From the NCBI GenBank assembly GCA_015665275.1, contig JADFAL010000066.1:617-64616 (forward strand): a DNA stretch of 64,000 bases. Direction: 5' to 3'. Under the pieces are notes generated by a model. It was not told the origin of the DNA. It did not search any database and saw only the letters and a program-made list of their open reading frames with translations. Source of the DNA: Flavobacteriales bacterium (lineage in GTDB: Bacteria; Bacteroidota; Bacteroidia; Flavobacteriales_D; Crocinitomicaceae). Both the position numbers and the translations under genes were made by a program. Positions 9,609-20,055 of the stretch are shown here, piece after piece (positions within the stretch are counted from its first letter, which is position 1; every line of letters starts with the position of its first letter).

Positions 9609-11777
9609 ATGGTATCGAAACCTGAATTTAGTGGTAATGAACAGTCGGCCTCCATTTTAGGAACGGTAATCTTTGGGTTCTTCATACTTGGGTTGGTCAT
9701 TCCTGATTCGTGGTGGGGAGTCCACTTTCTAAATTTCGTTTCTCCTGCAATGAAAACGGCCTGTTTAGTGCTAGCCGTTATGTTGTTGGGCTATTCTTGG
9801 GTCGCAAAGAACAAAACAATTCAATCGGAAATTACGAACGAAAAGAAGTGGTCAAAAACCTTTCCTTACATTTTAGGAACTGTGGCGGGGTTTGTTTTTT
9901 ACAACATTCCCATGGCTGGGGATGTCTACGGAAATGCAAGAGGGTTTCAAGACATTCTTGATACCACAGTGGAGCGCTTACCCTCCGATTTTTACACCAA
10001 TTTATTTTCGTTTGAACTTGTTCCGGGGAACGGTCGCGGTGGAGTGACCTTGATTGTTCAGTTTATATCCTACGCGATGCAGGTTACCGTGTATGATGCC
10101 TTCAAAATTATGGGTGCAGTTTGTGGAGTAGGCTTTGTAGTTGCTTGGGTCTGGTCTGTGCACTATTTCATTAAAGTGAGGGCTTGGCAAATAACCTTGG
10201 TGTTGGTTGGACTCACATCACCGTTTTTAATAATCTACTTCGGACATGTTGAAACCTATGCCCCCGTCTATCTCATTTTGTTTCTGTGGTCGCTCTTATT
10301 CGTGTTGTTTATCAGAACTAGAAAAAGCGCGTTGTATTGGACATTAGTTCCACTTCTATTAATTGGTGTTCGACTGCACACATTGATGTATTTATTGGGC
10401 CCCGCATTTCTGGTAGCGACGCTTTATCAATTCAACCTTAAAAGCGCAGTAAGCAATAGAATCTTGGATTTCAAAGGGGTATTCAAATGGATGTACTTGC
10501 CACTTTTTGCGGGTGGAATTATCTTGTATTTCTTTGTTTTTAAAGATTTCAACGATCCAAGGTCGCTTTCAACGGATTTCAAGGACATTGACCGCCTGTT
10601 TTTACCGATGGTTTCTCCAGAAGCGCCATTAGACAATTACAATATGTTCAGCCCGAGTCATTTGTTGGACTTTTTTAATATGATGTTGTTTTGGTCGCCC
10701 CCAGTATTGGTGTTATTGGGGTATGTACTGATACAAAAGAGAAGAAGCCTCAACTGGAAGTTGCCAGAAGTAAACTTGTTACTGTTAAGCTTCTTGTTGT
10801 TCGCAACAATCCTATTCTCCATGAACCCCTTGTTTTCTATGCCTATGGATTGGGACCTTTTCTGTTTCCCAGTTCCCATTTTGCTGCTCTTGTTGCTCCT
10901 GCTGGTTGCACAGGTTGAAAAAGAACCCATCAAAATGAATGTACTCTCTGCTAGTGGTGGGCTAATGGTACTTTGCATACCGGCATTTTCAGTGTTTCTT
11001 ACATTGGAGCAAAACTCATATAGGATAGAACGGGTGGGCGTTCATATCTACAAAACGTATTACGAACATTCGTCGACGTACTTGCTGATGTCATTGAAAA
11101 TGATTGATGATCCAAATCTGTATCAAGCACGTGTTGAAGGATTAATAACCGAGCTGGAAGATTATGCATTGCCGAACAACGACAAGCAGTATGCAGAACT
11201 TTTAATAGAGAATGCCTTTTTTAATTTCTACGTGATGCAAAACGCAACCGAAGCACGAAAGATGATGCTTAAATCAATGGAGTACGATCAACTTCAGCCG
11301 CGCTTCGAACAATTTATCTTTGAAATAAACAGAAGGTTAGTGCAAGAGGATTATGTTTTTACGCAAAAAGATAAACAGAAAGCCGATCAATTTATAAAAG
11401 AAGGAAAGCGGCTTCTACGTGAAGAAAAGAACTACGAAAAGGCACTAGATGAATTTCGATATTCAACGTATTACACCCCGATAGATGGACGGACACTCCT
11501 GTTTTCCATTGAAGCGCTATTCCTGTTAAAAAGGTATCCCGAAGCGTTTAATTTTGCAACCAAGCTCGTAACGCTGAAATTCCCCAACCACCAAACAGCA
11601 TTGAGAATAGGAATACACACAGCGCTTGAGTCGAAGCATTACGGGGACGCATTGAGATATTCAGAGATATACATAGAAAATTTTGAAAGGGATGAACTTA
11701 TCCTTACTGTAAACAAAAGGTTAGAAGCGCGTGAAAATGTAGGCGAATTGAAGTTCCTTTTCAACCGTGGATCGTAG
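9609..11777 (+). CDS. Large polytopic membrane protein with C-terminal TPR-like helical region (GT-C-like architecture)
   Basis: About 470 aa contain many hydrophobic helices, followed by about 250 aa of helical repeats (YEKALDEFRYSTYYTP..., ALRIGIHTALESKHYGDALRYSE). I prefer ATG 9609 over the TTG at 9585. It is divergent from the acyltransferase. Confidence 0.55.
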   Translation: MVSKPEFSGNEQSASILGTVIFGFFILGLVIPDSWWGVHFLNFVSPAMKTACLVLAVMLLGYSWVAKNKTIQSEITNEKKWSKTFPYILGTVAGFVFYNIPMAGDVYGNARGFQDILDTTVERLPSDFYTNLFSFELVPGNGRGGVTLIVQFISYAMQVTVYDAFKIMGAVCGVGFVVAWVWSVHYFIKVRAWQITLVLVGLTSPFLIIYFGHVETYAPVYLILFLWSLLFVLFIRTRKSALYWTLVPLLLIGVRLHTLMYLLGPAFLVATLYQFNLKSAVSNRILDFKGVFKWMYLPLFAGGIILYFFVFKDFNDPRSLSTDFKDIDRLFLPMVSPEAPLDNYNMFSPSHLLDFFNMMLFWSPPVLVLLGYVLIQKRRSLNWKLPEVNLLLLSFLLFATILFSMNPLFSMPMDWDLFCFPVPILLLLLLLLVAQVEKEPIKMNVLSASGGLMVLCIPAFSVFLTLEQNSYRIERVGVHIYKTYYEHSSTYLLMSLKMIDDPNLYQARVEGLITELEDYALPNNDKQYAELLIENAFFNFYVMQNATEARKMMLKSMEYDQLQPRFEQFIFEINRRLVQEDYVFTQKDKQKADQFIKEGKRLLREEKNYEKALDEFRYSTYYTPIDGRTLLFSIEALFLLKRYPEAFNFATKLVTLKFPNHQTALRIGIHTALESKHYGDALRYSEIYIENFERDELILTVNKRLEARENVGELKFLFNRGS

Positions 11778-11799
11778 TGTTATCCAAAACGCATCCTTG

Positions 11800-12519
11800 C
11801 TAAGCAATAGCCATCGTTAGCACACTTATCTCAACCTCTGGATGCACCGCTCGAATTGCGTGAACCAAAGCCTCAATGGTTGAGCCTGTCGTAACCACAT
11901 CATCTACAATGGCAACGTGCTTGTACTTTTTAACATCTTCTGAAACAGCAAATACGGAAGATACATTTTCCCAACGATCGAAACGATCTTTCTTTGTTTG
12001 TGTAGTATTGTTGTGTTTGCGCTTGAGTACTTTGTTATCCAAGGGAAGGGCAGATGTTTTAGAAATACCGGCAGCAAGCGCTAAACTTTGATTATACCCT
12101 CTCACAAATTCTTTCTTAGGGTGCAATGGAACAGGCAATAACACCTCGATAGAGCTGTACTGATCCACAGACGAAATTCTTTTTCCGATCCGTTCGCCAA
12201 ATAAAGTTCCAATGGTTTGGGTGTGATGATATTTGAATTGAAATAGCAAACGTTGTAAAACCGACCCTTTCGTGAATGAGAACAGTGCAAACGTATGACT
12301 CAGCTTTACTCTTCCCCAGAACAATTTATCGAACGGAGACGCTTCTTCAAATAAGTGATACGATGTTTCAGTTAAGTCTGCATCACAAATGGAACAAATA
12401 TGTGCCTCATTTCCAGTTAATTCATTTTCACACGAAACACATGTTTCTGGATAAATAAGGTGTAAAACATCACGAGTAAGAGACTTGCGATTTGTGTATG
12501 TTTTTGATAATGAGGCCAC
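11800..12519 (-). CDS. comF: ComF family protein (phosphoribosyltransferase domain)
   Basis: The N-terminus has a Cys4 motif (CVSCENE...CSICDADL). The C-terminus has the PRPP-binding loop HVAIVDDVVTTGSTIEA. GTG start. Confidence 0.8.
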   Translation of the reverse strand: MASLSKTYTNRKSLTRDVLHLIYPETCVSCENELTGNEAHICSICDADLTETSYHLFEEASPFDKLFWGRVKLSHTFALFSFTKGSVLQRLLFQFKYHHTQTIGTLFGERIGKRISSVDQYSSIEVLLPVPLHPKKEFVRGYNQSLALAAGISKTSALPLDNKVLKRKHNNTTQTKKDRFDRWENVSSVFAVSEDVKKYKHVAIVDDVVTTGSTIEALVHAIRAVHPEVEISVLTMAIA

Positions 12520-12921
12520 GAACGATAGGGGGTTTCGAGAATAACGGTTTAGCTAATGAACAATCGGGTGTTTAAAATAACAATATAGTCGTATTGACAA
12601 GGGGGAAAATGACCCGTAAATTTAAAGAACCTTCTCAATTCAGCGTTCTTTATTGGGTTTAGGCGAATTAAGAATATTTATCGACAGAGTTAGTGCTGAA
12701 CACTGTGAATATCTTTCTGAAAGATGTTGAAAGTAGTGCTAAGGTCTGTCGCAAAAGGGATTCCGAAACCCAATGTTAATAACGTTATGGAATTGTGAAT
12801 TTCTTTAGTTGGTTGAAGGAAGATTTTTGACAAAATTTGTTGGTCTCTAGTAAGCGAATCATCTGCATACGAAGCGTCCGATTTAACACAGAGGAAACAT
12901 TGAATTTACTGACGAAAAAAA

Positions 12922-12943
12922 TCGAAAAACACGTGTTTTTCGA
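12922..12943. promoter_or_regulatory. Perfect 22-bp palindrome in the nrdB leader (candidate operator or hairpin)
   Basis: tcgaaaaacac|gtgtttttcga is centred on CACGTG and ends 32 nt upstream of the nrdB ATG. It lies within a 455-nt gene-free leader. Confidence 0.3.
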
Positions 12944-12974
12944 CGGGGAATATTTACGTTAAAATTTAGTAAAA

Positions 12975-13949
12975 ATGGCACAATTAGAACCGATTCTGGA
13001 AGAGAACGAAAACCGTTTTGTTCTATTTCCAATTCAACACGACGACATTTGGTCTTTTTATAAGAAAGCAGAGGCAAGCTTTTGGACGGCGGAAGAAATT
13101 GATTTACAACCAGACCTTATCGACTGGGAAACAAAATTGAATGACGACGAGCGCCATTTTGTGAAGCATGTCTTGGCATTCTTTGCAGCATCGGATGGAA
13201 TTGTAAACGAAAACTTAGCTGAAAACTTCCTTGCTGAAGTACAGTACACAGAAGCAAAGTTCTTTTACGGGTTCCAAATTGCCATTGAAAATATTCACTC
13301 TGAGACGTACTCATTATTGATCGATACGTACATCAAAGATTCAAAAGACAAAGACTACTTGTTCAACGCGATTGATACATTGGACTGTGTTCGTAAGAAA
13401 GCAGACTGGGCATTGCGTTGGATCGAAGAAGGATCATTCGCTGAGCGCTTGGTGGCGTTCGCTGCCGTTGAGGGAATCTTCTTCTCAGGTTCGTTCTGTT
13501 CAATCTTCTGGTTGAAGAAGCGCGGATTGATGCCAGGACTTTCTTTCTCGAACGAGTTGATCTCTCGTGACGAAGGATTGCACTGTGACTTCGCTTGTTT
13601 GTTGTACAACAACCACGTAGTAAACAAACTACCAAAAGGACAAGTAGAAGAAATCATTTTAGATGCCGTTGAAATCGAAAAAGAATTCATTTTGGAGGCA
13701 TTGCCGGTACGTTTGATCGGTATGAACAGCGAACTGATGTCTCAGTACATTGAATTCGTAGCAGACCGCCTGTTGTTAGAACTTGGATGTGAAAAGCAGT
13801 TCAACGTTTCCAACCCATTCGATTTCATGGAAATGATCTCCATTCAAGGAAAAACAAACTTCTTCGAGAAGCGCGTTGGAGAATACCAGAAAGCAGGGGT
13901 ATTGAACAACGATGCAGATCAAACATTTAGCCTCGACGAGGAATTTTAA
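12975..13949 (+). CDS. nrdB: Ribonucleoside-diphosphate reductase beta subunit (class Ia R2)
   Basis: Di-iron and tyrosyl-radical motifs are present: [23 protein letters not shown] and [16 protein letters not shown]...ISRDEGLH. 324 aa. Confidence 0.95.
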   Translation: MAQLEPILEENENRFVLFPIQHDDIWSFYKKAEASFWTAEEIDLQPDLIDWETKLNDDERHFVKHVLAFFAASDGIVNENLAENFLAEVQYTEAKFFYGFQIAIENIHSETYSLLIDTYIKDSKDKDYLFNAIDTLDCVRKKADWALRWIEEGSFAERLVAFAAVEGIFFSGSFCSIFWLKKRGLMPGLSFSNELISRDEGLHCDFACLLYNNHVVNKLPKGQVEEIILDAVEIEKEFILEALPVRLIGMNSELMSQYIEFVADRLLLELGCEKQFNVSNPFDFMEMISIQGKTNFFEKRVGEYQKAGVLNNDADQTFSLDEEF

Positions 13950-14039
13950 ATAGTAATCAAATTGTCTAAGCACATCGAACGCAATCAAGACGTGCTTAGA
14001 AACACAAAATATATCAACCCCATATAACCCCTTGCGCCC

Positions 14040-16373
14040 ATGTATGTAGTAAAAAGAGACGGTAGAAAAGAAGCTGTAAAATTCGATAAAATCACAGCTC
14101 GCATCGTAAAGATGTGTTACGGATTGGATCCATTGGTATCCCCGGAAGCAGTGGCAATGAAAGTAATCGAAGGATTGTTTGACGGTGTAACTACAACACA
14201 GTTGGATAACCTAGCAGCAGAAGTAGCCGCAGCTAAAACCATTGATCACCCAGACTACGCTTTGTTGGCATCACGCATCGCCGTATCCAACTTGCACAAA
14301 GAAACAAAGAAGACGTTCTCGGACGTAATGCATGATTTGTACACGTATATCGATCCAAAGACAGGGGAGAATGCAGCGCTATTGGCCGATGACGTTTACG
14401 AAATTATCCAGAACAACAAAGATCGTTTAGATTCAAGCATCATTTACGATCGCGATTTCCGCTACGATTACTTCGGGTTCAAAACATTGACGCGCTCGTA
14501 CCTATTGAAATTGGAAGGACAAATTGCAGAGCGCCCACAGCAAATGTTGATGCGTGTTGCAGTTGGAATTCACAAAGAAGACATCGACTCAGCAATTGAC
14601 ACATACAACTTGATGTCTGAAGGATGGTTTACGCACGCAACGCCAACGTTGTTCAACGCAGGTACACCAAAACCTCAAATGTCATCTTGTTTCTTGTTGA
14701 CAATGAAAGATGATAGCATAGAAGGAATCTATGATACATTGAAAAGCTGTGCGCAGATTTCGCAATCAGCTGGAGGGATCGGATTGGCAATTCACAATGT
14801 ACGTGCAACAGGGTCTTACATCAAAGGAACGAACGGAACATCCAACGGAATTGTACCAATGTTGCGTGTATACAACGACACAGCACGCTACGTTGATCAA
14901 GGTGGAGGAAAACGTAAAGGATCTTTCGCAATGTACATCGAGCCTTGGCACGCAGATGTATTCGACTTCCTTGATTTGAAGAAAAATCACGGTAAAGAAG
15001 AGCAACGCGCAAGAGATTTGTTCTACGCACTTTGGATTCCGGATTTGTTCATGAAACGTGTGAAAGAAAACGGAGATTGGACATTGATGTGTCCGCACGA
15101 GTGTCCAGGTCTGTCTGATACACACAGTGAAGAATTTGAGGCATTGTACACAAAGTACGAAGCAGAAGGAAAAGGGCGTAAGACGATCAAAGCACAAGAA
15201 CTTTGGTTTAAGGTTTTGGAATCTCAAATCGAGACAGGAACACCATACATGTTGTATAAGGATGCTGCAAACGCAAAGTCCAACCAACAAAACTTGGGAA
15301 CAATCAAGTCATCGAACTTGTGTACAGAGATCATCGAGTACACAGCTCCAGATGAAGTAGCAGTTTGTAACCTTGCTTCATTGGCATTGCCAAAATTCAT
15401 CACCGAAGAAGGAACTTTCGATCACGAGAAACTATTCAAAGTTACCTACCAGGCGACTGTTAACTTGAACAAAATCATCGACGGAAACTTCTACCCAGTA
15501 GAAGAAGCACGCAACTCTAACATGCGTCACCGTCCAATTGGATTGGGTGTACAAGGATTGGCAGATGCGTATATCACTTTAGGATATCCATTCGAGTCTG
15601 ATGAAGCACGTGCTTTGAACCGTGAAGTATTTGAAACAATCTACTACGCGTCAATGACGGCATCGAAAGATTTGGCAAAAGTAGACGGAGCATACGAAAC
15701 GTTCGAAGGTTCTCCAACATCAAAAGGAGTTTTCCAATTCGATATGTGGGGCGTAACACCAACAGATCGTTGGGAATGGGACGTGTTGAAAGAAGAAGTA
15801 AAAGAGCATGGAGTTCGCAACTCACTATTGCTAGCACCAATGCCAACAGCTTCTACTGCACAAATCCTTGGAAACAACGAGTGTTTTGAACCATATACAT
15901 CAAACGTTTACACACGTCGTGTACTTTCAGGAGAGTTCATTATCGTGAATAAGCACCTATTGAAAGACTTGGTTCGTGAAGGACTTTGGAATCAAGAGAT
16001 GCGTCAGAAAATCATGGCGGCAAACGGATCAATCCAGAACATTCAGGAGGTTCCACAACTCTTGAAAGATTTGTACAAAACAGCTTGGGAAATTTCTCAG
16101 AAAGCAATCATTGATCAGGCAGCTGATCGTGGAGCATACATCTGTCAATCACAGTCATTGAACATTTTCATGGAGAACGCAAACTTCGGGAAATTGACAT
16201 CAATGCACTTCTACGGATGGGAGAAAGGTTTGAAAACGGGTATGTACTACTTGAGAACAAAAGCAGCTACAGATGCGATCAAGTTTACTATTGATAAAAA
16301 CGTTGTTGAAGAAACAAAAGCGGAAGAAACTCCTAAATCGGAAGTGACTGCAGTTGACGAAAGCAACGATTAA
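14040..16373 (+). CDS. nrdA: Ribonucleoside-diphosphate reductase alpha subunit (class Ia R1)
   Basis: The N-terminus is an ATP-cone ([18 protein letters not shown]). Catalytic motifs include [22 protein letters not shown] and [10 protein letters not shown]. 777 aa. Confidence 0.95.
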   Translation: MYVVKRDGRKEAVKFDKITARIVKMCYGLDPLVSPEAVAMKVIEGLFDGVTTTQLDNLAAEVAAAKTIDHPDYALLASRIAVSNLHKETKKTFSDVMHDLYTYIDPKTGENAALLADDVYEIIQNNKDRLDSSIIYDRDFRYDYFGFKTLTRSYLLKLEGQIAERPQQMLMRVAVGIHKEDIDSAIDTYNLMSEGWFTHATPTLFNAGTPKPQMSSCFLLTMKDDSIEGIYDTLKSCAQISQSAGGIGLAIHNVRATGSYIKGTNGTSNGIVPMLRVYNDTARYVDQGGGKRKGSFAMYIEPWHADVFDFLDLKKNHGKEEQRARDLFYALWIPDLFMKRVKENGDWTLMCPHECPGLSDTHSEEFEALYTKYEAEGKGRKTIKAQELWFKVLESQIETGTPYMLYKDAANAKSNQQNLGTIKSSNLCTEIIEYTAPDEVAVCNLASLALPKFITEEGTFDHEKLFKVTYQATVNLNKIIDGNFYPVEEARNSNMRHRPIGLGVQGLADAYITLGYPFESDEARALNREVFETIYYASMTASKDLAKVDGAYETFEGSPTSKGVFQFDMWGVTPTDRWEWDVLKEEVKEHGVRNSLLLAPMPTASTAQILGNNECFEPYTSNVYTRRVLSGEFIIVNKHLLKDLVREGLWNQEMRQKIMAANGSIQNIQEVPQLLKDLYKTAWEISQKAIIDQAADRGAYICQSQSLNIFMENANFGKLTSMHFYGWEKGLKTGMYYLRTKAATDAIKFTIDKNVVEETKAEETPKSEVTAVDESND

Positions 16374-16431
16374 TAATGAAATCTTGTATTGATTAATAAT
16401 TGTGCCGAATAATTAAACTTACAAGAAGTAG

Positions 16432-16461
16432 AACCCTGATCTAAGCATCAGGGTTTTTTTT
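16432..16461 (+). terminator. Rho-independent terminator after nrdA
   Basis: aaccctgat-ctaagc-atcagggtt followed by T8. Confidence 0.85.
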
Positions 16462-16492
16462 GTAATTTAAGTCAAGCTAAAACAAAAATGAA

Positions 16493-16849
16493 ATGAAACA
16501 ATCTATCTACTTACTATTAGCGCTAGGACTTGTGTTGGTTTCTTGTAATTCTACCCCAGAAGAAGAGAAAGGGCAATCATGGGAGGCCGCGAAGAAATCC
16601 TTTATGAATAGCTGCGAGGATTCGTATGTCCGAAGTTTTAAAGGTGCTCTTACGCCTGAGGTTTTGGACATGATCGATTTGGGCGAGCTCGACAAATTAG
16701 CGGTGCAACAATGTGGCTGCATGTTTGAAGGAATTAAGAAGAGGTACGATTCTCCTGAAGATGCTTTTGCTAACGGCTATGATCAACTAATGGAAGATGT
16801 TGAGGGCTGTGAGCCAGCAGAGGAGGAATTGGACAACTTGTTTAAGTAA
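16493..16849 (+). CDS. Small lipoprotein, unknown function (CxC motif family)
   Basis: Signal peptide plus lipobox (LVLVSCNS). Contains the VQQCGCMFEGIKK motif shared with two other small secreted proteins in the window. Confidence 0.5.
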   Translation: MKQSIYLLLALGLVLVSCNSTPEEEKGQSWEAAKKSFMNSCEDSYVRSFKGALTPEVLDMIDLGELDKLAVQQCGCMFEGIKKRYDSPEDAFANGYDQLMEDVEGCEPAEEELDNLFK

Positions 16850-16957
16850 ATCGACCCTAAAATGGAAATATTCGATACTTAACGGTTAACTTTTTTTGGG
16901 TTACGAATTGAGGAGGAAATCATTAGATTCATGCCACAAATTAAACAACAAGACCTG

Positions 16958-17269
16958 ATGAAAAAAGGATTTTTACTATTGGTAGCCGCAGCTACAACAA
17001 CAATTTTGGTTTCTTGCGGTGGAGGAAACGAAGCAGAAGCAGCAAAGGAATACTGCGATTGTTTCTCAAAAGTAGCTGAACTGCAAGAAAACATGACAAG
17101 TACTGATGCATTGATGCAATTATCAGAAGAAGCTAAGAAAGCAGAGGCTTGTGAAAAGAAGTGGAGAGAGAAATACGACGGAGAAATTGATATTGCAAAG
17201 TTCAAAGAAGAGTTGAAGAAACAAGATGAGAAGGTTTACAATATGGCTGACGAGTTAGGAGCATTCTAA
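16958..17269 (+). CDS. Small lipoprotein, unknown function (CxC motif family)
   Basis: MKKGFLLLVAAATTTILVSCGG lipobox at ATG 16958 (the track starts at 16931). Contains the KEYCDCFSKVAELQE motif and is Lys/Glu-rich. Confidence 0.5.
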   Translation: MKKGFLLLVAAATTTILVSCGGGNEAEAAKEYCDCFSKVAELQENMTSTDALMQLSEEAKKAEACEKKWREKYDGEIDIAKFKEELKKQDEKVYNMADELGAF

Positions 17270-17440
17270 GGAACCTTTGAAAGAAATGAAAGTGAATCAA
17301 TACGGTTCGCTTTTTTTGTGCGCTAAAGTCACGCTTCGAAGGGCATGAGTCCGAACTAAAAGTGACAACGCTCTTTTTTTAAGCCCTCTTTCTGTAGCAG
17401 AATTGATTGTACTTCCAGAGGTGTTTAGAATGTTATATCC

Positions 17441-17478
17441 AAAGAAAAACCCTGACGATCCATTCGGATGTCAGGGTT
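17441..17478 (-). terminator. Rho-independent terminator for the 17503..19149 gene
   Basis: Stem aaccctgac/gtcagggtt (17448-17456 and 17470-17478). On the minus strand it is followed by TTTTTCTTT. Confidence 0.75.
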
Positions 17479-17502
17479 ACCTTTTCAATGTGGTTTAAGG
17501 TT

Positions 17503-19149
17503 TTATTTCTTTATCAATCGGAACTTAGCCGACTGACCAATAGTATTGTTGATTTCCACAACGTAAACACCAGCGCTCAAAGAACTGATCTCCAAAGTTG
17601 AAATAGTTTCTGTAAGTATGTGCGATTGCACCAATCGTCCATTTGCGTCATACAGCACTGCAACACCTTCGGAAACATGATCGGGAAGTGCTACTGTGAT
17701 AATCGAGGAGGCAGGGTTTGGATAAACGCTCACTCCAACTAAAGTTGCTTCTCCAATAGAAGCACAATCCTGCACATAGAAGGTGGCAGAATCGGTTCCT
17801 GCACAACCTACGGAGTCAGTATACACATAAATGATATCGTTTGCACCAACGTTTGCCGCTGAAGGGTCAAACATGTCTCCGGAAACACCATTTCCGGTAT
17901 AAACACCACCAGCTGGAGCACCATTCATACTAAAGGCGCTTGCCTGAGCACAAACAGTATCTCCCGGATTCGTGAACGTTACAACAGGAAAAGACGTAAC
18001 GTCTAGGAATGTTACAATAGTACTGTCACAACCCAAGGCCGTTTGAAGGCTGTCTGTGTAGAATCCAGCCGTAGTCTGGTAAGCTCCGCCCAAAAGAATA
18101 CTATCACCAATACAAATGTTTGCAGATGCCTGAATAAAATAAGACTGGTCTGTAGACAATGTTGTCGTATGGATACTATCACACCCGAAAGAAGTTGTTA
18201 AAGAATCGACATACACACCCGCCATCGTTTGGTAAGCTCCACCAAGCAAAATGCTATCACCATCACAAATAGTTGCGTTCGATGCCGTAACTTCTGGTTG
18301 AGGAACAATTACATTCACGGGAGTAGAAGCTCCAGGAGTCGGGTTTACATCATAAAAGAACTCAACACGTGAGATACTTCCTCCAGCTTCTTGAAAAACA
18401 TTGTTCATTTGGCTCCCGGAAAGATTTTGCTGCATTCCAGAACGCGTAAATGTTACAGCATTTCCATCAATATCAGAAACGTAAGGAGCACCTGCGTAAG
18501 AATTCACATCTCCACGATTTCCATAAATTCCGACAACATCTCCCGTTAATACTTGAATACAAGCATCAATGGTATCATTTGCTGGATAATTGTTCCAATA
18601 CCCTTGAGAAACAAAATCATTGGTAGTTGTCGACCACAATGGCGGAGGTGTTTGGTTGTTGAAAATAAGGCATTCAACAATTTGTGAACCAGTTGGGTTT
18701 GCTTCTGTTGGAACCCAGAATCCGGTAATGATCATATCAACTGGAGCAGTAAACCAGTATCCGCGAACATTTCCTGAGAAGTTGCTACTGTGGGCTGGTA
18801 ACGGTACGGAAGCGTTTTGGGTGCCCTGCAAGCCTACCAAATAAAGTGTAGTGTCAGCTGTAACAGGTCCAAACACAAGAGTATCTGTTAAAGAAAGAAT
18901 GTTTACTCCAAGGCTGTCACTTGCCCAAACGGTGCCACAAGTTCCGTTGTTGATTAGGGTGTCCGTTCCACCTCCACAAGGGAAAACTTCACCAGTAACA
19001 GATGACAAGGGTGTAATCTGCGCATTTGATTCCACTGGGATTTTTGAATTAGATTGATTTTGTACTGTAGGGTCGTCCGATGAAACCTGTGCGAATGCTC
19101 CCAGGCTTAATCCGAAAACACACAGTAGCGTAGCGTAACGTGTTTTCAT
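17503..19149 (-). CDS. T9SS C-terminal-sorted secreted protein with two internal Cys-containing repeats
   Basis: Signal peptide MKTRYATLLCVFGLSLGAFAQ. Two repeats of about 45 aa follow the pattern CxGDSILLGGAYQTxAGxYxDSLxTxxGCDS. The C-terminus VSVYPNPASSIITVAL...AGVYVVEINN is a T9SS sorting domain. Confidence 0.7.
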   Translation of the reverse strand: MKTRYATLLCVFGLSLGAFAQVSSDDPTVQNQSNSKIPVESNAQITPLSSVTGEVFPCGGGTDTLINNGTCGTVWASDSLGVNILSLTDTLVFGPVTADTTLYLVGLQGTQNASVPLPAHSSNFSGNVRGYWFTAPVDMIITGFWVPTEANPTGSQIVECLIFNNQTPPPLWSTTTNDFVSQGYWNNYPANDTIDACIQVLTGDVVGIYGNRGDVNSYAGAPYVSDIDGNAVTFTRSGMQQNLSGSQMNNVFQEAGGSISRVEFFYDVNPTPGASTPVNVIVPQPEVTASNATICDGDSILLGGAYQTMAGVYVDSLTTSFGCDSIHTTTLSTDQSYFIQASANICIGDSILLGGAYQTTAGFYTDSLQTALGCDSTIVTFLDVTSFPVVTFTNPGDTVCAQASAFSMNGAPAGGVYTGNGVSGDMFDPSAANVGANDIIYVYTDSVGCAGTDSATFYVQDCASIGEATLVGVSVYPNPASSIITVALPDHVSEGVAVLYDANGRLVQSHILTETISTLEISSLSAGVYVVEINNTIGQSAKFRLIKK

Positions 19150-19244
19150 ATGTATTTGTTAAGGTTGTTTATAACAGGCGCAAAGATAGTGCGTTCTGTC
19201 TAACCTAAACAAATAAAGAGTATAGAAATGAGCAAACTAGAGGG

Positions 19245-19823
19245 TTAGTCGTTTTTTTTGAGTTCTCCGTCGACAGTTTCCAACTCTTTATAGAAGGGCT
19301 CGCCGAAGGCTCGAATCAGTGGCTCTTTCAAAAATCGAAATACAGGAACGTTCAACGCGTCACCACAAGCACAGGCAGGCTCACAAATGGACCACTTGTC
19401 ATAATTCAGCGCCTCGTAATCGTTGAATTTTTTCACGCGGATGGGGTACAAGTGACACGAGATTGGTTTTTTGAAATCTGTTTTTCCATCCAAATGTGCC
19501 GCCTCTACCGCACACTTAGTAATGCCATTTTCATCAAAAAACACAAATGCGCACTCTCCGCCATTGACCAAAGTGGTAACGGGTTCGTTTTCTTCATCCA
19601 GATAAGAAACTCCAGAGGCTTCAACTGCCTTTATTCCTTCCTCACGCATGTATGGTTTGATGACCTCAAAGTCACGTTCTAGAAAACCAACCTCTTCTTT
19701 GGTTAACGGAGCTCCCGCATCACCTTCAACACAACAAGCGCCCTTGCACGCGTTCAAATCGCACACAAATTTCTTCTCAAAGATTTGTGTTGACACTATT
19801 TTATCATCGATTTCTACAAGCAT
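19245..19823 (-). CDS. DUF3109 family protein (Cys-rich)
   Basis: FVCDLNACKGACCVEGDAGAPLTKEE and later CHLYPIR / CEPACACG match my recollection of DUF3109. Confidence 0.65.
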   Translation of the reverse strand: MLVEIDDKIVSTQIFEKKFVCDLNACKGACCVEGDAGAPLTKEEVGFLERDFEVIKPYMREEGIKAVEASGVSYLDEENEPVTTLVNGGECAFVFFDENGITKCAVEAAHLDGKTDFKKPISCHLYPIRVKKFNDYEALNYDKWSICEPACACGDALNVPVFRFLKEPLIRAFGEPFYKELETVDGELKKND

Positions 19824-19986
19824 GGTGCAAATTTCCGAAAAGAATTGATAATCGACTACACAACATTTGATAGAAATTAGAAAATACTTCTGCTATACTG
19901 TGATGGTGCTTGATTGCGATACTGCATTTTTGTAGCTTCTAAAGCTTCTGCATATTTCAAAAAGTTGTCAGAATCAAAAAAACATC

Positions 19987-19994
19987 TATATTTG
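19987..19994 (+). promoter_or_regulatory. Candidate -7 box (TAnnTTTG) for rimP-nusA-infB
   Basis: TATATTTG lies 62 nt upstream of the rimP ATG and is embedded in the imperfect inverted repeat ctatatttgt...acaaaatatag. Confidence 0.35.
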
Positions 19995-20055
19995 TCTCGT
20001 ACAAAATATAGAAACACACAAAAGAGGGGACGCAAGTCCCCTCTTTTTATCTCCC

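Noticed and set aside
12690-12712. NrdR box or cobalamin riboswitch in the nrdB leader
   Set aside because: Only a partial resemblance (aacactgtgaatat) to the NrdR palindrome is present, with no second half-site or tandem box. No B12-box (gccactg-like core) is seen.
14766-15290. 174-aa minus-strand ORF inside nrdA, along with other short ORFs there
   Set aside because: It is antisense to the highly conserved R1 catalytic region. Its Cys/Phe-rich translation is typical of antisense frames.
18010-18290. Diversity-generating retroelement (TR/VR pair) as an explanation for the two related DNA repeats
   Set aside because: Differences between the copies involve all four bases rather than adenine-specific changes. 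Both copies are in-frame coding repeats of one gene, and no reverse transcriptase is present in the window.
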